Source: an uncultured Gammaproteobacteria bacterium
GTDB lineage: Bacteria; Pseudomonadota; Gammaproteobacteria; DRLM01
DNA length: 64,000 nt
Reading direction: 5' to 3'
Assembly (NCBI GenBank): GCA_963729605.1
Contig: CAVSNY010000005.1
Coordinates: forward strand, 128,001-192,000
Each line of letters starts with the position of its first letter. Within the stretch, counting starts at the first letter, position 1. Below, piece after piece: positions 43,916-54,043 of this stretch. The notes beneath the pieces are model-generated. The model saw only the letters and a program-made list of their open reading frames with translations, searched no databases and had not been told where the DNA came from. The position numbers and the translations under genes are program-made.

Positions 43916-45301
43916 CTAGAGCCTTCTCGCCCGGAAATACCGGCCTTTTATCTTGCCGGTCGAAAGCTGCCGCAGGGCGTGGTCCACCATGGAGCGTTCG
44001 ATCGCCACATAGGCGTGATTGTCGAAGATGTCGATCTTGCCTACCTGGCTGCCGGCGATACCCGACTCACCGGTCAAGGCGCCAAGGATATCGCCGGGAC
44101 GCAATTTGGTCTTGCGCCCGCCGTCGATGCACAAGGTGACCATGGGCGGTTTGAGAGGACGCGGATTGCCCTGCGCCGGCAAGTTCGCGCTGGAGGCATG
44201 ACGGACAGGACTCTTTTGATAATCCTCGATAGCAATGACCTTGTGCGATTCGCCGGCGGTGTAGAGACTCAAGGCCAACCCCGCTTTGCCCGCGCGCCCG
44301 GTGCGGCCGATACGGTGGATATGCACTTCCGGGTCCTGGCTCAACTCGAAGTTGATCACCGCCGGCAGATCCTTGATATCGAGACCGCGGGCCGCCACGT
44401 CGGTCGCCACCAGGATTGAACAACTCCGGTTGGAAAACTGCAACAGCACCTGATCGCGATCGCGCTGCTCCAAGTCGCCGTGCAAGGCCTGGACGTAAAA
44501 GCCCTTGGCTTGCAGCGTATCGGCGATGTCCTCGCATTGTTGCCGGGTATTGCAAAACACCACGCAGGATTCCGGCTGATAATGCGCCAAGAGTCCGACC
44601 AGCGCGTGCAGGCGCTGACCGGGGTTGGCCACCTCGTAAAACAGCTGCTCGATCCGGGTTTGGGTATGCGTCGATTCCACCCGCACCCGCACCGGCGATC
44701 TTTGCAGCGAGGCACTGATCTGCTGGATGGCCTCGGGATAAGTGGCGGAGAACAGCAAGGTCTGCCGACTAGCGGGGGTGGCGGCGACCACCTCGGCGAT
44801 GTCGTCGTAAAACCCCATGTCCAGCATCCGGTCCGCCTCGTCCAGCACCAGGATTTTCAGCTGATCCAATTTCAGCGAGCCCTTGCGGAGATGTTTCAAT
44901 ACCCGCCCGGGCGTGCCGACGATGATGTGGGCGCCGTGGTCCAGCGAGTTCAATTGCGGGCCGGTGGGCACGCCGCCGCACAGGGTCAGCAGTTTGACGT
45001 TGGGCATGCAGCTCGCCAGCCGGCGGATCTCCTTGCCCACCTGGTCGGCCAATTCCCGGGTCGGACAGAGCACCAGGGCCTGCACGCTGAAGTGGCGCAG
45101 ATTGAGGCGGGTCAACAGACCGATGCCGAACGCCGCTGTCTTGCCGCTGCCGGTCTCGGCCTGGGCGATCAAATCGCGGCCCTCTAAAATCGGCGGCAAA
45201 CCCTCAGCCTGAATCGGCGTCATGGTCTGATAACCCATCGCGTCGAGATTGGCCACTAAAGCGGCGTCCAGACCCAGCGTGGAAAAGGAGGTGGTGGTCA
45301 C
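43916..45301 (-). CDS. dbpA: ATP-dependent RNA helicase DbpA
   Basis: AETGSGKT, PTRELA, DEAD, SAT, HRIGRTGR, C-terminal DbpA RNA-binding domain (KLRPGDILGAL). Confidence 0.95.
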   Translation of the reverse strand: MTTTSFSTLGLDAALVANLDAMGYQTMTPIQAEGLPPILEGRDLIAQAETGSGKTAAFGIGLLTRLNLRHFSVQALVLCPTRELADQVGKEIRRLASCMPNVKLLTLCGGVPTGPQLNSLDHGAHIIVGTPGRVLKHLRKGSLKLDQLKILVLDEADRMLDMGFYDDIAEVVAATPASRQTLLFSATYPEAIQQISASLQRSPVRVRVESTHTQTRIEQLFYEVANPGQRLHALVGLLAHYQPESCVVFCNTRQQCEDIADTLQAKGFYVQALHGDLEQRDRDQVLLQFSNRSCSILVATDVAARGLDIKDLPAVINFELSQDPEVHIHRIGRTGRAGKAGLALSLYTAGESHKVIAIEDYQKSPVRHASSANLPAQGNPRPLKPPMVTLCIDGGRKTKLRPGDILGALTGESGIAGSQVGKIDIFDNHAYVAIERSMVDHALRQLSTGKIKGRYFRARRL

Positions 45302-45587
45302 GGCATATACCCGAAGCTGTTTCTGATTTAATGGTTAATGAGGCCGTGCGGACGCCGCCGGCAAATGCGGCCCAGCGCCTTTCATTCCAGGCTAGACCTC
45401 GAGGCCGCGCGGGGATGGCGAGACCGCGCGAAAAAGAGCGCCCACTATACCGATTATCACGACACCTGGCAGGTATTCGCGGCGATTATTCAGCGCCGGT
45501 CCGCCCCCGCCCGTTCGGCCTCCGCCGCCTCGCCAAATTTTCCCATCCATGGTATGTTCCGCCACTTTCAGACTACCCGAGAGTGTT

Positions 45588-46073
45588 ATGAGCCTGTGCC
45601 CCTGCCTGTCCGGCAAAGAATACGACGCCTGTTGCGGCCCCATCATCAGCGGCGCGGTGACCGCGCCCACCGCCGAGGCCTTGATGCGCTCGCGTTACAG
45701 CGCCTTCGTCAAACGCGAGACCGGTTATTTGGCGGACAGCGTGCACCCGGAGCACCGCGCGGATTATGATCCGGTCGCCGTGCAACGCTGGGCGGACCAT
45801 TCGGAGTGGGTCAAACTGGAGATACTCAACACCAGCGGCGGCGGACCCGACGATCAAGAAGGCACCGTGGAATTTCTCGCCACCTATCGGCAAAAGGGCG
45901 CGACCCATGTCCACCACGAAGTGGGGCAGTTTCTCCGTCACGCCGGCCGCTGGTATTACACCGACATGAAAGTCACCAAACCCGTCACCGTGCGCAACGA
46001 AGGTCCGAAAATCGGCCGCAACGATCCTTGCCCCTGCGGCAGCGGCAAAAAATATAAGAAGTGTTGCGGCTGA
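45588..46073 (+). CDS. YchJ family / SEC-C motif protein
   Basis: N-terminal CPCLSG...[16 protein letters not shown]-terminal [18 protein letters not shown]. Confidence 0.9.
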   Translation: MSLCPCLSGKEYDACCGPIISGAVTAPTAEALMRSRYSAFVKRETGYLADSVHPEHRADYDPVAVQRWADHSEWVKLEILNTSGGGPDDQEGTVEFLATYRQKGATHVHHEVGQFLRHAGRWYYTDMKVTKPVTVRNEGPKIGRNDPCPCGSGKKYKKCCG

Positions 46074-46116
46074 ACACGCACTCGCCGGAGAGCAAATATT
46101 CCATCGCGGGAATTAT

Positions 46117-46467
46117 TAGAACCTATCTCAAAATCGGAACAAAAATCCCAAACCGGAGGCGTCATTCCCCCTCTCCCGCGGGCGGGAGAGGGGAAGGGGT
46201 GAGGGTGGTCGGACAACCACCGTCACGATACCAGGGCATCCTGCTTCCCTCTCTCCCCTCACCCTATCCCTCTCCCGCCCGCGGGAGAGGGTATCTGTTC
46301 TGAATTTTTCTGTGCCTAACCGAATATTGCTTGCCCCAGTTGTCAGTCTCTCGCAAAAAATCGCAACGGGGATTACAAGACAGGGAGCGCTCGTCGGCAA
46401 ATAAGCCATCGTCATGGGTGATCCCGCCCGCCGAATATGCTCATAGTCGATTTTGAGATCGATTCTA
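46117..46467. mobile_element. MITE-like non-autonomous element (about 350 bp)
   Basis: Terminal inverted repeats TAGAACCTATCTCAAAATCG and rc(CGATTTTGAGATCGATTCTA), 18/20 identical; no transposase; contains two REP-like units. Confidence 0.55.
46163..46291. repeat. Inverted pair of box C/REP-like palindromic repeats
   Basis: CCCTCTCCCGC..GCGGGAGAGGG + GGGGTGAGGG unit in both orientations; related copies at 51103-51147 and 59441-59545. Confidence 0.75.
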
Positions 46468-46520
46468 GGCATTGAAGCGCATCCCGGCCGCCGTAACCCA
46501 GACGCGGCTGCCCGCCCTTT

Positions 46521-46781
46521 TCATTTCAACAACGGGTGATCCTTCGGCAGCTGGTTGGCGTACCAGATGGCGAGTTTATGCCGCATCGATTGTTGCGAGA
46601 CTTGATCTTCCGGCAAGGCTTGAATCAGGCCGTCGCGGACGAACAGCCGGTAGAGATAGAGGATTTTTTCGCTCGCGGCGTCGGTCGCCTCGAACTTGGC
46701 GGCGCCGCGCGCCTCGGCGTATTTCACACCGACCAGAATCGCCGCCTTCACCAACTCCGTTTCATTCTTGAGTTTCTTCAT
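46521..46781 (-). CDS. DUF5062-like small protein
   Basis: MKKLKNETELVKAAI...YRLFVRDGLIQALP...MRHKLAIW...PKDHPLL; family recalled from memory. Confidence 0.7.
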   Translation of the reverse strand: MKKLKNETELVKAAILVGVKYAEARGAAKFEATDAASEKILYLYRLFVRDGLIQALPEDQVSQQSMRHKLAIWYANQLPKDHPLLK

Positions 46782-47109
46782 GGCGAATCTCAGCCTGGGC
46801 CCGGGGTGGATGGTAACCAAGACCTCCCCGTTTGGCAAAACACGCCGCGTTCACCCGCTTTTTTATCCCCCTCTCCGACGGGAGCGCGCAGCGACGGGGC
46901 GACGCCGGCAGGGGGAGAGGGCGGCTCAAATCGATGCTGATTACGCCGAGCTCCCTCTCTCCTTCCGCAACGTCCTTAAGCTATCATGCCGATTCAACGC
47001 AAGGCCTGGTCATGAGAACGCCAATGACGCCATGTCGTCATTCATACCGATTCAGTGCGGCGGCGCGGCCGGGCCAATGCCATTCCCTGATTGCCAGGAG
47101 GCCGTCGCC

Positions 47110-48339
47110 ATGCCGGTAAATCCAAGCCTAGTGGAAAGCCTGTTCGCGCCCTATTCCAAGGCGACCTTGCTCAGCGAATACTGGCCGGACCGGGCGCTCA
47201 GCGTCCACGGCGGCCTCGACCGCCTCCCCGACTACCTGCGGAGCGAGACCTTGCGCCGCTTCGACCATCTGGCCGCCCGTTATCACGGCAGCGTCAGTTT
47301 CGGCAACGCCGCCGCCGCCAAGGGTACGGCCATCGCCAAGGACGTGCCCGCCGCCCTGCTGCGTCAGATGGGTTTGAGCCTTTACCTGCCGGACCTCGCC
47401 GCCTATATGCCCGGCACCGACGCCTTTCTGCGCGAACTGGAACTGGAGTTGGGCGCCCAGGCGGGCACGGCGCGCATCGGCGCCTTCGCCGCCGCCGCGC
47501 ACAACGGCGTCACCAGCCACTTCGATGCCGAGGAAGTGATCTCCGTGCAACTGGAGGGGGAGAAGCGTTTCTACATCGCGCCCATGTCCGAGATCCCCTA
47601 CCCCTACGGCATGCAGTTCGGTCCCGATTACGAAGTCTTCGACGACCTCTATCCGCAAATGGCGGCGGGCATCCCCAAGGTCAACGACGCGGACTTTCAA
47701 TGTATCGAGATGCGTCCAGGTTCGGTGTTGTTCATGCCGCGCGGCACCTGGCACCGCACCGAGGCCACCGCGACCTCTTATTCGGTAAGCATCATCGTGC
47801 GTCAGCCCGCCCCCTTCGAAACCGTGCTCGAACAACTCCGACTCACCCTGCTGCGCGACCCCGCTTGGCGACGCCCGCTTTATGGCACCGGCCACGACGA
47901 CGAGATGCGCGCCCGCCTCGCGGCGCTGCTCGAAGACCTGCCCCGCGCCAACCAAACCTTCAACGCGAACGACATTCTCGACGCCGCCTTGCCCGAACCC
48001 GCGCGGCTGGCGCGACTCGACGAAACCAGCTGGCTGCAACGCATCCCCAACGCCCGGCTGCTGCTCACGCCTCCTCAATCCGGCGATCAGTGGACCGGCG
48101 TGGTGCGTATCAGCCGCTTCGATGGCGGCGACCGCGACGTACTGCAATTGCAAATACCGCCGAATATGCTGCCGGTCTTTCAATGGCTGGCGCAGCAAGA
48201 ACGACCGCTGCGCGCCGGCTCGCTGGCGCAACATTTCGCGGCGCTGCCTTTCGGGCAGATCAAAACCATTTTGGACGTGCTGGTGAGGGCGGATTATTTG
48301 AAACTGTTGCGGCATGTGCCGTTGGAGACGGATGGCTAG
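47110..48339 (+). CDS. JmjC/cupin-4 Fe(II)/2-oxoglutarate oxygenase (RoxA/YcfD-like)
   Basis: HFDAEEVISVQLEGEKRF and PGSVLFMPRGTWH (HxD...H triad); AGGAGG RBS before ATG 47110. Confidence 0.85.
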   Translation: MPVNPSLVESLFAPYSKATLLSEYWPDRALSVHGGLDRLPDYLRSETLRRFDHLAARYHGSVSFGNAAAAKGTAIAKDVPAALLRQMGLSLYLPDLAAYMPGTDAFLRELELELGAQAGTARIGAFAAAAHNGVTSHFDAEEVISVQLEGEKRFYIAPMSEIPYPYGMQFGPDYEVFDDLYPQMAAGIPKVNDADFQCIEMRPGSVLFMPRGTWHRTEATATSYSVSIIVRQPAPFETVLEQLRLTLLRDPAWRRPLYGTGHDDEMRARLAALLEDLPRANQTFNANDILDAALPEPARLARLDETSWLQRIPNARLLLTPPQSGDQWTGVVRISRFDGGDRDVLQLQIPPNMLPVFQWLAQQERPLRAGSLAQHFAALPFGQIKTILDVLVRADYLKLLRHVPLETDG

Positions 48340-48514
48340 CGGGAGTTAGTCACTTATCCCGATTGCGCTGATGACTCTCCTCTCTCCGCAGAGCCAAGGC
48401 TACCTCAACCAATGACTTTCTTATTTCTTAAAAATTGCCAAATCAAAACGGCAGCGTTCCTTCATTCAAGTCAAGGTCAAAAGTTAGACGATTTTATTAA
48501 TTGACCCCGCCCCG

Positions 48515-49885
48515 CTACATCGCCTCGATCGCATCCTCCAACCTCTTCACCGCCACCACCTCGATGTCCGTCAATGTCTTTTTGGGCGCGTTGGCGGCGG
48601 GCACGATGGCGCGTTTGAAGCCGTGTTTGGCGGCCTCGCGCAGACGGTCGAGGCCGCCTTGCACCGGACGGATTTCGCCGGCCAAGCCAACTTCGCCGAA
48701 TACCACCAGCTCCGACGACAGCGGCTTGTTACGCAGACTCGACAAGGCCGCCAGCACGGTGGGCAGGTCGGCGCCGGTCTCGGTGATGCGCACGCCGCCC
48801 ACCACGTTGACGAACACGTCCTGATCGTACATCGCGATGCCGGCGTGGCGTTGCAACACCGCCAGCAACATCGAGAGCCGGTTGTGATCGAGCCCGACCG
48901 TGACGCGGCGCGGATTCGAGATATGACTCTCCGCCACCAGCGCCTGCACTTCCACCAGCAGCGGGCGGGTGCCTTCGCGGGTCACCATCACCACGCTGCC
49001 CGGCACCTCCTGTTCGTGGCGCGAAAGAAAAATCGCCGAGGGGTTGCTGACTTCCTTGAGGCCGCGGTCGTGCATGGCGAACACGCCCAGCTCGTTGACG
49101 GCGCCGAAGCGGTTTTTGATGGCGCGCACCACCCGGAACGGCGTGCCCATGTCGCCTTCGAAATACAACACGGTGTCCACCATGTGCTCCAGCACCCGCG
49201 GCCCGGCCAGCGTGCCTTCCTTGGTGACGTGGCCGACCAGGAACAGCGCGGTGCCGGTCGCCTTGGCGTAACGCACCAGCTGCGCCGCGCTCTCGCGCAC
49301 CTGCGCCACCGAGCCGGGCGCGGATTGCAGCGCGTCGGTGTAAATGGTTTGGATGGAGTCGATCACCATCACCCGCGGCCGCTCGTGCGCGGCATGGGCG
49401 ATGACTTGTTCGACCTGGGTCTCCGCCAGCAGGCGCAGCGCGCCGCCGTCCACCTGCATGCGATTGGCGCGCAAACTCACCTGTTCCAAGGATTCTTCGC
49501 CGGTGACGTAAAGACACGGCAGTTGCGCGCTGAGCGTCGCCACGGTCTGCAACAACAAAGTGGATTTGCCGACGCCGGGATCGCCGCCGATCAACACCAC
49601 CGAGCCCAGCACCAGCCCGCCGCCCAATACCCGATCCAATTCACCGAGGCCGCTGGCGATGCGCACCTCGTGATCCGGCGCGACGTCGGCGAGGGATTTC
49701 ACTTCGGCGCTACCCGCCGCGCCGGCGAAGCCGGTCAAACGGCCCGCGCGACCCTTGCCCGCCGCCGGCGCCGCGACGCCTTCGATCAAGGTGTTCCACT
49801 GCCCGCAATCCGGACACTGGCCCACCCACTTGGGCGACTCCGCGCCGCACTCCGTGCACCGATAAACCGATTTCGCCTTGGCCAT
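48515..49885 (-). CDS. radA: DNA repair protein RadA/Sms
   Basis: C4 zinc finger, GGDPGVGKST, KNRFG, Lon-like C-terminus. Confidence 0.98.
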   Translation of the reverse strand: MAKAKSVYRCTECGAESPKWVGQCPDCGQWNTLIEGVAAPAAGKGRAGRLTGFAGAAGSAEVKSLADVAPDHEVRIASGLGELDRVLGGGLVLGSVVLIGGDPGVGKSTLLLQTVATLSAQLPCLYVTGEESLEQVSLRANRMQVDGGALRLLAETQVEQVIAHAAHERPRVMVIDSIQTIYTDALQSAPGSVAQVRESAAQLVRYAKATGTALFLVGHVTKEGTLAGPRVLEHMVDTVLYFEGDMGTPFRVVRAIKNRFGAVNELGVFAMHDRGLKEVSNPSAIFLSRHEQEVPGSVVMVTREGTRPLLVEVQALVAESHISNPRRVTVGLDHNRLSMLLAVLQRHAGIAMYDQDVFVNVVGGVRITETGADLPTVLAALSSLRNKPLSSELVVFGEVGLAGEIRPVQGGLDRLREAAKHGFKRAIVPAANAPKKTLTDIEVVAVKRLEDAIEAM

Positions 49886-50314
49886 GGCCGTGGATTCCCG
49901 CTCGCTCGTTGGATGGCGTTAGGTTATCACAGGGCCGCACGGTGGCGGCGGGGAAACAGGGACATCGCGGGGAGCACGGATGTTCAACTTAAGAAAGCGA
50001 TGAATAATGACATCCTGGAATGTGCAGAGAACGGAAAGCGAAAAATGTGATCTTGCCTTCTTTCATTGAAAATGGCGGCACATTCGTAGGCCGGAAACCC
50101 GGGAATGGATCGGCGGTTTCTTAAGGGAGTGCGCCGCAATGGACGGAACATCTTCCATCACTCCTCTCCTCAAAGGAGGAGGGGGACTGCCGCAAAAACC
50201 GTAGCGGATCACCCGGGCACGCCGTGTATCAACCACCCCCGCCCCTCCGGGACACGCCTCCTTGATACAAGGGGAAGCAGGTTTCCGTATTCTACTTTCC
50301 GACAGCGACACGCC

Positions 50315-50368
<54 letters not shown>

Positions 50369-50370
50369 CA

Positions 50371-50964
50371 CTACGCCGCGGAACGCGCCTCGGCCAGGTT
50401 CTGTTCAAAGGCATCCACCGCTTCGGCGCTGAGCGACGTGCCCTCGCCCGAAGTCAAGGTTTGGTGCAAACGATGAATCAGCACGGCATAGTCCTCGGGT
50501 TCGACCCGGGCCAGGTCGCCGTGGCGGGAGGCATCGACCAGACGCTCGGCTATGACGTCGTCCTTGTGCAACTCGCGCAGAATGGGCTCGTAGCGCCACA
50601 ACAGGCCATGCGGTCCTTCCAGGTCGAGCATATATCCCATGATGTCTTTCGCCACCGCGTATTCGCGGCGGTTGCTCGACAACAGATAGGCGAACACGCC
50701 GATCACCGACGAGGGCAGCATGAACATCCACGAGAATTTGGCGAAGGTGTCGAACTCGGTTTTACCGCTCTGCCAGGCGTAATAGGCCAGACCGAAACCG
50801 GCGGCGTACACCGCGCCCGCGACCATTACGCCTACCAGCTTGGCGGCGTGTTTCTGCGGCGTTACCCGCTTCTTGAATTCCAGACGCGGCAGATCAAAGG
50901 TGGCGTCCACATGCCGCAGCACCTGTTTGCGCAATTGCCGTTGATTTTTCCCCTTGGCACTCAT
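50371..50964 (-). CDS. Hypothetical membrane protein (2 TM)
   Basis: Basic N-terminus, two hydrophobic helices, host-like codon usage. Confidence 0.75.
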   Translation of the reverse strand: MSAKGKNQRQLRKQVLRHVDATFDLPRLEFKKRVTPQKHAAKLVGVMVAGAVYAAGFGLAYYAWQSGKTEFDTFAKFSWMFMLPSSVIGVFAYLLSSNRREYAVAKDIMGYMLDLEGPHGLLWRYEPILRELHKDDVIAERLVDASRHGDLARVEPEDYAVLIHRLHQTLTSGEGTSLSAEAVDAFEQNLAEARSAA

Positions 50965-51102
50965 AAAACGTCACATCACCCATCGTGTTGATTAGAGCTT
51001 ATCTCAAAAATTAGATTCAGCATCCACAGCCGCATAAGATCGCGGTTCGAATAGATCTTGCAATTGGTGCATAAACCCCCATCTCGAAGCCGGCACTGAA
51101 CG

Positions 51103-51147
51103 GCATTCCCCCTCTCCCGCAAGCGGGAGAGGGCGGGGGTGAGGGTG
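51103..51147. repeat. Box C/REP-like palindromic repeat
   Basis: CATTCCCCCTCTCCCGCAAGCGGGAGAGGGCGGGGGTGAGGGTG, near-identical to 46163-46207. Confidence 0.75.
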
Positions 51148-51215
51148 CCCGGATGTCCACCGAAAATGATCTGTCCCAAAATCGATGCTATGGCTTTCAC
51201 CTAGTAGGCATCGAT

Positions 51216-51638
51216 TCATTTTTCTGGCTCCAAGGCCGGAAAACTGCTGGCGAATTTGCTGATCCATTCCGCCGCGGCCTGTTCGCTGCTCAGCCTGCGC
51301 TGCTCGCGCAGCAATACCTCGTTTTTATACTGTTCGATGTGACAAATCTGTTCCACCATCCGGGTGCGGAAAGCCTCGGCGAAATCGGTGAACACCACGC
51401 CCACCTCGAACGCGCCGCCGTGATCGTTACACCACACCACCTTGCCGGTCACTTCCACATCGCGGTTGATCACCGGGATGCGAATCACGATCTGCGAACC
51501 CATCCGCACCGGCTCCCGCGAATTGAACGACAAGCCGCCGACGCTGACGTTATTCAAATGGTCGTGACGGGCCGCGTCATGTTCCGCCAGCTTGATCTCG
51601 AGAGGAATATTGGATGGATGCCGAATATACTCACGCAT
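51216..51638 (-). CDS. PilZ-domain protein
   Basis: REYIR (RxxxR) and NVSVGG (NxSxxG). Confidence 0.85.
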   Translation of the reverse strand: MREYIRHPSNIPLEIKLAEHDAARHDHLNNVSVGGLSFNSREPVRMGSQIVIRIPVINRDVEVTGKVVWCNDHGGAFEVGVVFTDFAEAFRTRMVEQICHIEQYKNEVLLREQRRLSSEQAAAEWISKFASSFPALEPEK

Positions 51639-51718
51639 GCTTCACCCCCGCTTTTACCACCCCTGGCCGAAGTATAACACCGGCCGCCGGGCCGGATTAA
51701 GCCTATGATCAACGGGCG

Positions 51719-52480
51719 TCAATGCCGCAATTTATAGCCGCCTTTCAATAGAAACAGGGTGATAGCGGCCAGCACGGCGAAGCTGACCGCGATCACGCCG
51801 AGGCTCAACCAGGGATTGACATCCGACACGCCGAAGAAACCGTAGCGGAAACCGTCGATCATGTAAAAAAACGGATTGAAGTGCGACACGCCCTGCCAGA
51901 ACGGCGGCAAGGAATGTATCGAGTAAAACACCCCGCTGAGAAACGACAAGGGCAGCACCACGAAATTTTGGAACCCCGCCAACTGGTCGAATTTGTCCGC
52001 CCAGATGCCGGCGATGATGCCGAGCGAACCCAGCACCGCGCTGCCCAACAAGGCGAACGCCAGCAAGACCGCTACGCTGTGCACCGGCAACGCCACGAAC
52101 GCCACCGCCACTACGCACACCCCGAGGCCCACCGCGATGCCGCGTACCATCGCCGCCAGCAGGAAGGCCAGGTAAAACTCCATATAGGACAGCGGCGACA
52201 GCAAGACGAAGACGATATTGCCGGTGATCTTCGACTGTATGAGGCTGGACGAGCTGTTGGAGAAGGCGTTTTGAATCACCGACATCATGATCAGGCCGGG
52301 AATCAGGAAGGCGGTATAACTGACGCCGTCGTACACCTGCACATGTTCTTCCAGGGCATGGGCGAACACCAGAAAATACAGCAGCGCGGTGATGATGGGC
52401 GCCAGCAGGGTTTGCAGCCACACCTTATAAAAACGCAGCAGCTCTTTATACAGCAGGGTGTTGAGTCCGCGCAGATTCAT
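51719..52480 (-). CDS. ABC-2 type transporter permease (YadH-like)
   Basis: QTLLAP, FLIPGLIMM, FLSGVFYSI, NPFFYMIDGFRYGF. Confidence 0.9.
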   Translation of the reverse strand: MNLRGLNTLLYKELLRFYKVWLQTLLAPIITALLYFLVFAHALEEHVQVYDGVSYTAFLIPGLIMMSVIQNAFSNSSSSLIQSKITGNIVFVLLSPLSYMEFYLAFLLAAMVRGIAVGLGVCVVAVAFVALPVHSVAVLLAFALLGSAVLGSLGIIAGIWADKFDQLAGFQNFVVLPLSFLSGVFYSIHSLPPFWQGVSHFNPFFYMIDGFRYGFFGVSDVNPWLSLGVIAVSFAVLAAITLFLLKGGYKLRH

Positions 52481-53400
52481 GGCCGGCCCCGCTTGGTCAG
52501 TTGCACGAAGATGTCTTCCAGATCGGCCTCCTCGGTTTGCAGATCCGCCACCTCGCCGCCCGCGGCGCGTAAACCGTCGAGTACGGACATGATGGAGTCG
52601 CGGCCTTTATCCAAATGGAATTCCAGATGCGTGCCGTCGTGTTGCTTCAATATGCCGGCCAACGCGGCGGGCACAGCGGCGAGCGGCGCGGCGAGGATGA
52701 CTTTCAAACGGCTGCGCGCGCCGGTGAGTTTATTCAACAGGGCGGATTTGCCGTCGAGGGCGATCAGCGCGCCGTGGTCGATGATCGCGATGCGGTCGCA
52801 CAACAACTCGGCCTCTTCCAGATAGTGGGTGGTCAACACGATGGTCATGCCTTCGCGATGCAGACGCCTCACGAATTGCCAAAGCGTTTGCCGCAACTCG
52901 ACGTCCACGCCCGCCGTCGGCTCATCCAGCACCAGCACCTTGGGTTTGTGCACCAGGGCCTGCGCGATCAACACCCGCCGTTTCATGCCGCCGGACAGGG
53001 AGCGCATATTGCTATTGGCCTTGTCGGTGAGATCCAAGGCGCCGATCAACTCGTCCAGCCAGGCGTCGTTTTCCTTGCCGAGCCCGAAATAACCGGCCTG
53101 GATGCGCAACACCTCCCGCACCGTGAAGAAGGGATCGAACACCAGTTCCTGCGGCACCACGCCGAGCCCGGCGCGGGCTTGGCGGTAATCGTTCACCACG
53201 TCGTGGCCGAGCACCGTTACCCGTCCGCTGTCGGCGCGCACCAGCCCGGCGACGATGTTGATGAGGGTGGACTTGCCGGCGCCGTTGGGCCCGAGCAGGC
53301 CGAAGAATTCGCCGCGCGCTATGCTGAGATTCAAACCTTGCAGGGCCTGCACCTTGCCGTAGTGCTTGCGCACTTCATTGACTCTAATCGCCGTGTCCAC
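52477..53400 (-). CDS. ABC transporter ATP-binding protein (YadG-like)
   Basis: GPNGAGKS, LSGGMKRR, LDEPTAGVD, TTHYLEEAE. Confidence 0.93.
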   Translation of the reverse strand: MDTAIRVNEVRKHYGKVQALQGLNLSIARGEFFGLLGPNGAGKSTLINIVAGLVRADSGRVTVLGHDVVNDYRQARAGLGVVPQELVFDPFFTVREVLRIQAGYFGLGKENDAWLDELIGALDLTDKANSNMRSLSGGMKRRVLIAQALVHKPKVLVLDEPTAGVDVELRQTLWQFVRRLHREGMTIVLTTHYLEEAELLCDRIAIIDHGALIALDGKSALLNKLTGARSRLKVILAAPLAAVPAALAGILKQHDGTHLEFHLDKGRDSIMSVLDGLRAAGGEVADLQTEEADLEDIFVQLTKRGRP

Positions 53401-53469
53401 CGCTACCGCCCGCTGTTTAAAATCACCGGCGCGTCCGCTGAGGCGCCGCTGAAAATCACTCGATCCGAT

Positions 53470-54030
53470 TCAGCCCCGAGCCGCATCCCGCAAGCGCCGC
53501 AACCACGCGAGCACCACGCCGGAAATCTCATCGCCGTTGCGATAGGGATGCAGGTTCACCAAATCCGGAAACTCTTCCGCCAGTTGCAGCACGTTGCCGA
53601 GGTTGACCCGCTGCGCGCCCAAATCGCGCCGGTAAAAACCCAGCAGCGGTTTACGATCATGGATGAAGCGCATGACATTCACGCCCGAACCAAAACCGGC
53701 CTCGTCGAAACAATAAATCGCCGCCCTGGCCTCGCCGCGAAATACGCCGTCGCGTTCCAAAAAGAAGCGGGTGACCTGCCGGTCCGCATCTTCATCCACC
53801 GGCCGCGCCGCGCGCCACGCCGGCCAATCGCGGTCGTAATATTCGATGGGGTCGCAGACCTGGCGCGCCAAGGCCTCCGGCGTCAGCTCGGGAAACTGCC
53901 GTTGATAATAACGGTAGCGGGTGTCGTAACCCAGGCCGCTGGACTCGAGCAGGCCGATCACCGCGACCTTGAAATCGCGGGTGACGCCGCCCGCGTACAT
54001 GCCTTTGCCGCTGACATAACAGGGGATCAC
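53470..54030 (-). CDS. Hypothetical protein, possible nucleoside 2-deoxyribosyltransferase-like fold
   Basis: Tightly coupled downstream of aroE; YVSG...AIYCFDEAGFGSGVNV...RKPLLGFY loosely resembles the NDT-like pattern. Confidence 0.6.
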   Translation of the reverse strand: MIPCYVSGKGMYAGGVTRDFKVAVIGLLESSGLGYDTRYRYYQRQFPELTPEALARQVCDPIEYYDRDWPAWRAARPVDEDADRQVTRFFLERDGVFRGEARAAIYCFDEAGFGSGVNVMRFIHDRKPLLGFYRRDLGAQRVNLGNVLQLAEEFPDLVNLHPYRNGDEISGVVLAWLRRLRDAARG

Positions 54031-54043
54031 GGGCGCGCGCTCC

